A DNA stretch of 64,000 bases from the human T2T-CHM13v2.0 reference genome, Homo sapiens. The position numbers and the translations under genes were made by a program. Below the pieces are notes generated by a model, which searched no databases, was not told where the DNA came from, and was given only the letters and a program-made list of their open reading frames with translations. The DNA is taken from the NCBI RefSeq assembly GCF_009914755.1, contig NC_060934.1. One strand, 5' to 3'. Shown here one piece after another: positions 29,315 through 41,333 of the stretch (positions are counted from its first letter, which is position 1; each line of letters opens with the position of its first letter).

Positions 29315-30911
29315 CTGGCAGCTGAGTGTGGAAGGCAGATGTCCTGGGCAGAGGCTCTGTGCTTCTCGTCCTCATACCTTGTGCCACGCTGCAAATCCTC
29401 CCCTCATCATCAAAGATAGCTTCTCAAGGGCAAGGGGTAGTCCATCCACACTTCCAAGACCCCCATCAGCTGACTTGGCAAACCTTTACATGCCCAACAT
29501 AGCATGCCAGGTATAGCCTCGCCTACAAACCCAGCATCCCCGTGTTTTCCACAAGGACATGGAATAGGTGCTCAATGGACTAGTGTGGATTAATCACTCC
29601 TTAGCGCCTAGAAGGCCATAGAGCTTTTTATTTTCCCTTTCAAGGGACTGTTCCCATGCAAGTGCTGCGCACAGAATGCCGCCGTGACTGCCCTTCCTGG
29701 AGCTCTTATTATGCTCCAACTGCTGCTCCAACCAGAGCTTGGGGTGAACACGGTGCTTACTTCACAGGGCGATGGGGAGGTCTCAATGGCATAATGCGAG
29801 TGACTTGCTCCCGTTAACTTCTACCACCATGATGAAGACCGTGATGATGATGGCAACTACTCAATGAGTTTTTAGAGGACATAAATTTGAGGTCTTTGTG
29901 GACGTGTGACTGACTGCAGCAGAACCAGAAACTCAAATCAGGAGAATTTTGGCTCCTTCCAATCCAGTTGCAGAGCCACAGGCATCCCTTTGTTCCTGTA
30001 GGATCCTGGAGAGACCAGGAAAGTGTGTGGGTCACATGGGTACAGAGAGTGGCTCACATGTGCCTTTGACTCCTCCCCATCTCCAACTCTCCCCACCCCA
30101 GGCCCCACCTTGGTCAGTTCTGTCTTATCTCCTCATAACGCCTTGATCAGCTTTGCTTTTGATTGGCTGCTAAGTAATTTCCTGTCCCTTCCAGCCTCTG
30201 GTCCCCCAGCTTCCACTCTGGTCAGTAGCTCATAAAGAAAGGTTTCGGGTGATAACCTCCCCAAGCACGTTCTTTTCTCATAAAGCGATGAGAATACCTT
30301 CAAGTCTCCAAAGAGTGCATCCCTAAAGGTGGAATTTCAGTAGATGCTACTTATACTTTTTTATATACAAGTGTTAAATGTATATATTTATGGCCCATTT
30401 TCTTTCCAAAGACTGAAAGAGGCTTACATTAGGACATATTCAACGAACCTTAAAGGTTAAAGAGAAAAGTTTAAGATCATATTGTGATTGGGTGGGGAAG
30501 GTAGGAGGGAGCAACACTATTCCCTAATCTGCCAGTGTGATTGGTGCAGCTAAGCATTCCATTGAACCCCGACCTGCCTGGTAAATGGGGCAAATCATCT
30601 GGGAAGGAGACCCATCCTTCAATTCCTGAACACATAGCCATTGCTACCTGGAAGAGATGGCTCTGAGAATTTTAATTAGGCATGAGGTAGAGCGAGATCA
30701 ATAGCTTGTACCTTCTCTTGGAGGATGATGCTGGGGAAACAAGGCTCTGCAATAACTGGTCAGTTTCCAGAGAAGTGCTCAGTGCCATGAGGACAGATGT
30801 GGAAGTGCTGATGTGATATAGTTCGGTGGACACACGGAGGAGCTTAGATGAATGGGGAGAGGGGTCTTACCTGAAAGAGAATGAGAGCAGACAATTCCTT
30901 CATGGGAAGAA

Positions 30912-31192
30912 TGTGTGTGTGTGTGTGTATGTGTGTGTGTGTCTGTGTGTCTGTGCGTGTTGTGTGTATATGTGTGTGTCTGTGTTGTGTGTGTATGTGT
31001 GTGTCTGTGTGTGTTGTGTGTGTATGTGTGTGTATGTGTGTTGTGTGTGTGTGTGTCTGTGCGTGTTGTGTGTGTCTGTGTGTTGTGTGTGTGTGTTGTG
31101 TGTGTGTCTGTGTGTTGTGTGTGTGTGTATGTGTGTTGTGTGTGTGTATGTGTGTGTGTCTGTGTGTGTTGTGTGCGTGTGTGCACACACAC
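30912..31192. repeat. Complex interrupted (TG)n tract (~270 bp) ending in an inverted (CA)n
   Basis: Direct inspection. Confidence 0.98.
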
Positions 31193-32079
31193 CGACTCAT
31201 GTCCAGGGTGTTCTTTCTGCTATTAAAGCAAGAAACGATTTCCATTCTAAAGGTGACCCTCGCCCTCACTTGGAGCCTGGCCCTGGCCCTGGGTGCAAGC
31301 CACAGTCACTGCAGTGATGCTGTCCTCTCCCTTGCAGACATCTAAGACAAAGAAGATACACAGCTGAGGAAGGCGAGATGCCTTTTAAAAATTAGACAAC
31401 ATCTTAGAGGGTTTATTTCCTTTATCTCTAGACCTACATCCATTAACCCACACTCAGAGACAATCGCTGCCACTGTTCAGGAAGCCAGCTCGAATGGGTC
31501 GAAACTGCCATTGTATATCCAGGAAAGATAGACACACGACAGAGATTTTTTTTAAAATGCCAATTTCCAGGGAACCAGCTTCTGCTGAATGCAGCCTGAT
31601 AGAAATTCAAGATAAAACTCTCATGGATTCTGCCCATCCATAAAGTGCCACTTAGCAGACAATTTGCACCATCTGTGAACCACTCCCATCCACTAAGCTT
31701 CTTTTTTAGCTGTTGTAAACTCTGTCTCATCAAACTCTTATCTTTTACCTATACAGAGCCGTACTTTAATTGATAAATTTCAGGGAAAACGGAGGAGGGA
31801 CAGCGTTTCAGGAATAACTGGGACCAGTGAGATCAGTGTCTTAGGAAGATGAAGATCTGAATCCTGAACCGTGACTCACGGGAGCCTGGCTGATCTCCTT
31901 CGCTTTCACAGGACTTCTCGCTGCTATGACACATTTGCATGGTGACTCCTGGTTCTTTTCCAGGCGTCAATGTGAATGTCCATTTTCTTTTGGAGTGGCT
32001 GTCTCTTTAAACTCTTACAATACACACGGGTTTTCTTTTCTGGCTTTTCTTGTAAGGTGCTGCCTATCAAAAAAGAGAC

Positions 32080-32081
<2 letters not shown>

Positions 32082-32117
<36 letters not shown>
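32082..32117. repeat. (GA)n microsatellite
   Basis: Direct inspection. Confidence 0.98.
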
Positions 32118-32121
<4 letters not shown>

Positions 32122-32844
32122 CTTCCAAAGGTTGTTTTCTTACCCTCTGTTGCTTAAACAATCATCTTCTGTGTTATTGAGGAAAACCCAAAGCTGTCAG
32201 CTTCCCTGGACTTCAGGTTTCCAGCAAACTCACCTCCCCCCTCCCTTGGTTTCACCCCCATCTGCTTATAATTTAATGTTCTGTATGTTTTAATCATTTC
32301 ATTAGGCATGTCCTTATTTTGAAATGCAACTAATTCTTCAGTTCAAACAAACAGCCAGTAATTCTAAAAATGAGACCATTCTTTTCTTTCAGTTAGAGAT
32401 TGGCTTAGAAGAAATATCACACCTATTTTGAGAAGGGTGAAATAACTCAAATGCCACTAGTTTTTTTAAAACCGCTGACTTTTAAAAGTGGAAATGATCT
32501 TAGAGATTGCTTCATTTTCTCCACAGATATGGAACTAACTTTTGGGGATGTTTTCTCATGTCTTTCTGAACACTTTGTGATAAAGTCATTCCTATTAAGG
32601 TTTGTCTTAATACGGATTTGTAAAAATTATGTAATAAAATACCTCATTTCTATACTCGGTGACAATGGACATGAAAGAAAAAGTGATTCCACTATAGGAC
32701 TTGTATGTTTTATTAATTTATTTTCTTTATAGGAATTTACATTCTTTAAGGCAAGGAGAATCATATTTTGCTATAAGGGGAAAGATAATTTGCAAGGTGT
32801 TTCATGTGATTTTTCCCCCTGACATTCAGATTTATTCTATATCA

Positions 32845-33838
<994 letters not shown>

Positions 33839-34300
33839 TATTTAATTTTAACATTATATCAATGACCCAACTGTGCAACGTAAAATGTCTTTATTTTCTG
33901 ATACTTGTATTACTTTCTGGTAATAAAACGTCCTTTCAGTATTTTAGAAGAACGAGTCACATTTCGCACATAGTAGTAGACACTTAATAGATGTTTGTTG
34001 AAACATTCGTAGATAAGTGGGTAGATACACACTGACATTTAACGATGTGCCTTAATTCAGCTTTAAGTGCTAATGTTTATTAACGGTGATGCGTAAATAC
34101 AACAGCACACATTCTGATTTAGGCTCGTCCACTGAAAATGTCCCCCTACTTCCAAAACGTAAACCGGTACCATTTAAGGATCGAAATGAAAACAACGTAA
34201 TAGTGAAGTTGTCTTGGAGGAATTGCTGGAGGACGCCTTTGATACCTTTATGGAGAATGAATGGGAAGCCTTTGCGTGTGGCTGACACAAATGGTTGTCA

Positions 34301-34318
34301 CACGCCATCTAGTGGCCA
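34301..34318 (-). promoter_or_regulatory. Strong CTCF motif (TGGCCACTAGATGGCGTG)
   Basis: Close match to the CTCF core consensus; local CpG retention. Confidence 0.7.
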
Positions 34319-37039
34319 TCCGTGAAACTGTGCATATGCCGTGGGAAACGCTTTTGGAACAAGTTGGATTGCTCCGAATTTCAGTGCCTATCGGGCAGCC
34401 AGTGAACATTTGTCCATCTTTAAGGCATTAAACTGAGAAGAACCACTGAGGAAAGCATGCCACAGTCTTTCCCAAAATCCCTGTGTCTTAAGGAACAACC
34501 AAGAAGTTAACTGGTCAGGGAAAAGATTTCTTTTGGAACACAGGTAAGCAAAACCAAGACGCCATCGGAGACACCCTTGCCTGCAACGGTTGTGGTATAA
34601 AGCAAGGTAAGTAGCGTGATATTCACTGCTTTTTGTCCCACAGAAGCCATCGCTGTGTGCGGAAATCCATGACCTGGCCATGACTTCTACAACCCGGAGG
34701 ACTTGCCTGGCATTACCGAAAAGCACAGGGGAAAGATTCTGTGGCAGGTGCCGCATTTCATCCAGCTCACTCCGTGCTAGTTCCTAAGACATCTTAATTC
34801 TTACACATATGCATAATCGTGATATTTTGCCATGAATAACAATATATTTCACAATTATCAACCATTTTAATTTTTAGCTTTCTAACCTCGGACTACTATA
34901 ATAAAAAGAAATAATAAATCCAAAAGTAGTAGTGGAAAAAATAAGTATCTCCAGGTTTGTTCCTGTAAAGTTAATTAGTTCAAAACAGAGTGAGGACTCT
35001 AAGAGTTTGGGGTTTTTTTGTGTGTGTGTGTTAAGTATCAGCATTAAGTATCTTCAAGACAATTCAAAGTAAGATGATAAGTCACTAGGTTGTAAATTTC
35101 ACAAAAAATCATTAAATACACTGTGTCGGACTACAGCGGAACAGTGGGAAGAACATTCAGTATTTGAGAGTAAACAACTCAAATTAAGTTGTTTAGGAAT
35201 CTCACAGACAGGAAAATTTTTCCTCTCTGGTTTTCCATGGTAGCATGTTTACAGTACTTGAAAAATGTTGCTTTCAAGTCATGTTAACTGCTTCTTAAGA
35301 CCATCAAATAAGAAATGATATAGCTTATTAGTTCCAAAATAGAAAATCCTATAACATCATTTCCTCTTCATGTTAAGGTTAACTTCCATTATAAATATAT
35401 GCTTTCAGTATAAAATGCTCGACCTCAAAAGATACCAGCTTTTGCGTTTTGAACTATAATCGTGATCCATAAATGGTGATAGAGCTTCAGCTACATCTCA
35501 AACATTTATGTTCCACTCTCTTTATCAAAGAGCGATTTATTTTCAGAGAAACATTTATCAATTTAAGGTGTCTGAAATATTCATTTTTTAAAAAGGGCTA
35601 TAAACAAGTAGCAAGATGAATAATCTGGTTTTCTGTGGGTTAAGTTACATATCAAAAAATCCTAAAATTTTTCATCATTTTGATGCACTATTCTTAATTT
35701 TTAAAAACTCATTGTCTGAAAGCAAGACAGATATTTTAATGCTAATATGTAAAAATAAACCGGATTTACGGTCTTGGGTCTCTGTCGTTGCCTATATATC
35801 TAGATGTCTACAAAAATATTCCAGATTTTCTGCTTTTCTTAATCTCAAATGTTCAAAATGACTACATTTTCTAGAATATTTACCTATTAGCTGATGTTAT
35901 TGTTAAAAAGAAAATCAGACTAATTTTGGCAGTATTGTGCCTTACTACAAATCCTGTCTTTACTGTGAGAGTGGAGAAAAATAAAATTTGCAGAATTCCA
36001 GTCTCTAGCCATTGGCATTTTCCGGGCTTTCTTGTTTTCTATATATTGAGTCCCCTGTGCGTATGGGAAGCTCAGCTGAGGACTAATGCAAACTATTTTC
36101 CCACAAGCCAACATGTCGTCACTACAAATATACCTAAAAATAAAAATAAATAACATGTAAAAGTGCTCTGTCCTCAACAAAGCAGAAGGGTGAGATTTTG
36201 ATCAAGCCATCTGTGGTTGCCGTGACATTCTGACCAGTCCAGTAGAAATCACATGATTCTTTAGAACATCTAACTCTCTCCTCTGTCCACTTTGTAGCGA
36301 TATTGCTGGGATAGCCTGAGACAATTTCAGAGAGGTTTGGGGCTCAGGAAGACATAAATGCAATGCATTGTTTTGCAAGATCTGGCTGGAAGGGTGTAGC
36401 GTGAAGTAAAATTAAGACCTCCTCCTTTATTGTGAGGCACAGTTGGGCTGTTTGATCTCTAAGTCCTCGGATAATTGGAGTCTACACAGCCTGTGGAATT
36501 GGGTCCTGAGCAGCTCACCCTCATGCCCAAAGCCCACCGCCGACCTGCCTGGGGCACCATTTATCCCCACCCCGCCCCCACCAAACACACACACACCAGA
36601 TTCAGCTTGTATTCAGGGTTCTGCCTTGAACACAGGCATTGTTTCCAAGCTGAGAAAATGATGATGTGGAAATTCTAATAGAAGACATACTGTTTGTTAT
36701 CAGGTACACAAAAGTAAACAGAAATGATCCTGGGGTATAAGAAGCCCCCCTGCATTTGGGTGATTCCCTCATCACATTCCATAACCTTCCTTTCAATAAT
36801 GGTGGTTTTCTGATCCAACTTCACTATCACAAGCTTATTTTTTCATGTTAAATTTCCAGGAAATCTACCTGTCCACCTTAGATCACTGTGTACTCGTCCT
36901 CCTCTGAGCCCGTGAGGTACCAATGGCTGGTTTACACTCCATTCATTCAACAAATATTTACTGGGCACCTACCACGTGCCAAGCACTCAGCTAGCCGGGA
37001 GCCCTGTGGTGAATAGTAGTGACATGCTTCTCAACAAGG

Positions 37040-37152
37040 ATGGTGATAAACTGACCCAGCTTGCCCAGAACAGAAGAGATTTTCAAGACATGGTGCTTTC
37101 AGCTTTTAAACTAGTATAGTCCCGGACAAACAGGGACAAGTTGGTCACCCTA
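37040..37152. mobile_element. hAT-Blackjack MITE (MER81/MER94-like)
   Basis: Terminus gtcccggacaaacagggacaagttggtcacccta. Confidence 0.55.
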
Positions 37153-37335
37153 TAATGAATCTAGCACATACTGTCTTCTATGGCTTCTCATCTTCTTAGA
37201 AGTGTGTGCCCCTATTCACAAAGCAGAGACCTTCACACGTGTTTTCAGATCTACTATCTAGAAGCTCTGCGTGTTTGAGCTAGGCAGAGCTGTAGCGGTT
37301 AGCCCAGCCACGTGCTTCCTTGCCTTAATCACCAT

Positions 37336-37520
37336 GGGGTAGATCCAGGTTTGAGGAGCCTGAAGCTTATACAATCCGAGGGGTGGTGGGGAGCAATGCT
37401 CTCCTTAAGAAAAAGAAAACAAAATTATTGATACAGAATACAGAGCCTTGAGGGAGCGAACTTGCAAGACAGGGCCCTGAAGCTTAAGCTTCCTTAGCTT
37501 CTCAGACAATCCTCCTTTTG
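37336..37520. mobile_element. hAT-Tip100 MITE (MER69/Arthur1-like)
   Basis: gatccaggttt...gcctgaagcttatacaat...gggccctgaagcttaagcttc. Confidence 0.55.
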
Positions 37521-37610
37521 TTTAAAATAATGATAATTAGCAGTTAACATTAACTCGTTTAATCCTCACAGGTGGGGTCATTATTTCCATTTTACAGATG
37601 AGAAATTTGA

Positions 37611-37961
<351 letters not shown>

Positions 37962-38489
37962 TGGAAATGATGACTGGATGAGGGAAGTAAAGACCCAGGC
38001 TGCTGGGGGAAGTGGAACTTGCAAAACACAATCACCTGCTAGCAATTCAACCAACTCTATTGGTTTAAAACGCAAATCCTTCAGGAACCAGCCAGTCAAA
38101 GTGTGTGGGCCCTGAGAGGTTTTGGGTGGAAGGAACCTTAGAAGAAGCCTGTGTGTGTGTGGCTCTCAGCAAATGGATTTACCCTGTCCACGTCATGCAT
38201 TTCTCTAGAGAATGATGGGAGTTGTGATCCATACCTCCGTGTGCATAATGGTTGTACCTGCTCCAGGAAGGCGCTGGATCCTCCCAACTCCATGGGTAAG
38301 CCTGTGAGAGATCGTCTTCTGGCCTTGTTTTTGTTTTTCTGTTTTGTTTTGTTTTGTTTTAGCACAACCCTTTTTCTTCTTCTTCACTTCCCTTCTTGGT
38401 GCTCAGCCTGTTCCAGCCACCGTGTCAACATGCCTTGGTCCATAGCTCTGGAAGGCACACACCAAGCAGGACCAGTGAACAGAAGATGA

Positions 38490-38705
38490 GAAGGGTACAT
38501 TTTGACACCAAACTGCCTGGGTTGGAAACCCAGCTCTGTGACCTAGGACCAGTCACTTAACTTCTGTGCCTCGGTTTCCCCATCTGTCGACTGGGGATGA
38601 TGAGAGTATCTCTCACTGGGTTGTTGTGAGGAATGGATGAGGAAGTACAAATGCCGTGCCTAAAGCAGCGCCTGGTGCACACTGATATGATAAGTTTTAT
38701 TATTA
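38490..38705 (+). mobile_element. MIR
   Basis: actgcctgggttggaaacccagctct...tcacttaacttctgtgcctcggtttccccatctgt...gggttgttgtgagg. Confidence 0.8.
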
Positions 38706-40156
38706 TCATCATCCAATTATCATGATTTCTGGCAAGTGGGCACTTCCGTTCAGAAATCTCGGTGAGGAGACAGGGCCATCCACCGTATAAGAATGCAGGC
38801 TCAGCGTTTGGCCACTTCCATTGAGAATCAACGGTGACTTATTTGCAAGTCCCCATCCCCTCAATTGTCTCCCATCGAAATGGGCTCACGGCTTGGTCTG
38901 TGTGTCCGTGGGCCCCATGCTTAGCCTAGAAATGATGCACGAAATAGCACCTCTTAGGCTCACATCAATTGCTAATTAAAATGGCATTACCCCTTAATGG
39001 GTTGCAAAGTAGCACTCTCATTTCCCCACTGTGCATTTCCGCAGGCTGGACCCGGGCATCGACCCACCTGGGGTGACTGAGGCTCTCGGGAGAGGGAAGC
39101 TGGGCGTAGGACAATAAGTTAGGCAACTTCAGAATCTGCATTGTTTCTGACAAATAACAATGGAATAAAGCCAGAAACGTGCTTGTACCCATCAGTCACA
39201 GGTGCTGATAATAGTTCACCTAATTACTTCATTATTTTTTGCCACTCCATGCAGCAGTTTGTATTTACAATCCTGTATATGGTTCTATTACTACCACTTA
39301 TTGTGACGATTCCAGCAATTCCGAGGAGTCTCGGAGGGCCTGGACAAGTAGAATCTTGTTTTTCTTGATTTCCCCCGGGGGGTGGGAGGTAGGAGGAGGT
39401 AGAGAGAGGAGGGGTTCAGAGGAAAAGCATCCAGCCAGCATCAACCCACAATTGCTCATCTCGGATGAGTGATAAATGATGGGTGATTTTTGAAACGCTA
39501 GAATTTTCAAACAAAACAAACATATCCTATCCTATTAGTTACCAGGCCAGCCTATTACACGGTGAGAAAGGGAGAAAGACAGGGTTGGGCTGCCCTGGGC
39601 CGGCACCCATGCTGGAGAAATGATCAGGACCCTGGCTTGGCGTCATTACATTGGAAGCCGGGCTGGAAACCATCCCCAGGGAATCGTCCTAATGAACACG
39701 GGCCACAAATTAACAAAGTTGGGTGGGAAAAACATTGTGAATTTTAGTCACTGAAGCATCAGTAAATCTGCTAGAAGTCAGGGCTGATTGCTTTTAGCTT
39801 GTTAAGATGTTGATTGTTTACAAATTACATTTCCCTTTAAAAAGCAGGCACCTCTCAGCGGCTCCTTGCCACCGGTCCCTTGCTGGGTGCTTCCCACCGG
39901 GGACAAAGGCTGCCTGCTGTTCGCTGATCTAATTGCACTCTGCAGCCCCCTTGCTGCACTCTGCCCCTTCTCTCCCTTCTCCTACATTTTGAAATCTTTC
40001 TTAAACTGAGTCCTCCTACGAGCAGTGTTGTCAGACGGGCACTGGACTGTGCACACGCTGTGTTCTCATGATTTGCAGCTACCTGGAGGAGTGAAAGCTG
40101 AGTGCAAAATTGCCTTGTGAGAGCTGCTTTCCAGTTTAAATCACTTCCCAGTTTAA

Positions 40157-40256
40157 ATTCATTCATTCATTCATTTATTCAATTCATTCAATGAATTCAT
40201 TAAATTCATTCCTTCATTCATTCATTCATTCGACTTGTAACTTGAATGAATGAATA
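40157..40256. repeat. (TTCA)n/(TGAA)n L2-tail-type microsatellite with a short inverted segment
   Basis: ttcattcattc-gacttgtaactt-gaatgaatgaa. Confidence 0.8.
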
Positions 40257-40392
40257 AACCAGCACCCGTCTGGTTGTCCATGCCAGGCAGCTGCTGGAGC
40301 TGCAGAGACAGATTTCAGAGAGTCAGGGGCTCACAAGCGCAGGCCTGGCTTGCAGGCACATCACTCCAATCTCTGCCTTCATCGTCACATGG

Positions 40393-40781
40393 TGCTATGG
40401 GCTGAACTGCGTCCTAGTCCCCAATTCATGTGTTGAAGTCCTAAACCCTAATACCTCAGAATGTGGCTGCATTTGGAGACAGGGCCTTTAAAGAGGTAAT
40501 TAATTTATAACGGGGTTGTTAGGGTGAACCCTAATCCAATATGATTGGTATCCTTGTAGGAAGAGATTAGGACACAAACAACAGACAGAAGGTGACCACA
40601 GGAGGACACAGTGAGAAGCTGGCCATCTGCAAGCCAAGGAGAGAGACCTCAGGAGAAACCAAACCTGCCAGCACCTTAATCTTAGACTTCTAGCCCTCAG
40701 AACGGTGAGGAAATAAATCTCTGTTGTTCATGCCACCCAGTCTGTGGTGTTTTGTTATGGCCACTCTAGCAGACTAATACA
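40393..40781 (+). mobile_element. MLT1B-like solo LTR
   Basis: tgctatgggctgaactg...agcagactaataca; perfect 5-bp TSD catgg. Confidence 0.9.
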
Positions 40782-40831
40782 CATGGCACTGTCCCTGTGT
40801 GTCTGTATCTCTTCTTATAAGACCCACCCTT

Positions 40832-41103
40832 GGCTGGGCATGGTGGCTCATGCCTATAATCCCAACACTTGGGAGGCTAAGGAGGGCAGATCTCTTGAGA
40901 TGAGGAGTTTGAAACCAGCCTGGCCAACATGGTGAAACCTCATCTCTACTAAAAATACAAAAATTAGCCAGGCGTGATAGCATGTGCCTGTAATCCCAGC
41001 TACTTGGGAGGCTGAAGCAGGAGAATTGCTTGAACCTGGGAGGTGGATGTTGCAGTGAGCCAAGATCATGCTATTATACTCAGCCTGGGCAACAAAGCAA
41101 GAT
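40832..41103 (+). mobile_element. Alu (S/J)
   Basis: Alu consensus; TSD gacccaccct at 40821-40830 and 41336-41345. Confidence 0.93.
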
Positions 41104-41105
41104 GA

Positions 41106-41174
<69 letters not shown>

Positions 41175-41333
41175 GGAGAGGGAGAGGGAGAGGGAGAGGG
41201 AGAGGGAGAGGGAGAGGGAGAGGGAGAGGGAGGGAGGAAAGAAAGAAAAGAAAGAGAAAGGAAGGAAGGAAGGAAGGAAGGAAGGAAGGAAGGGGGAGGG
41301 AGGGAGGGAAGGAAGGAAGGAAGGAAGGAAGGA
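41104..41333 (+). repeat. 230-nt pure polypurine compound microsatellite (GAAA)15-(GGGAGA)n-(GGAA)n in the Alu tail
   Basis: Direct inspection; lies inside the Alu TSDs. Confidence 0.97.

Noticed and set aside
30779-31345. Overlapping Cys/Val- and His/Thr-rich ORFs
   Set aside because: Artefacts of the stop-free (TG)n tract.
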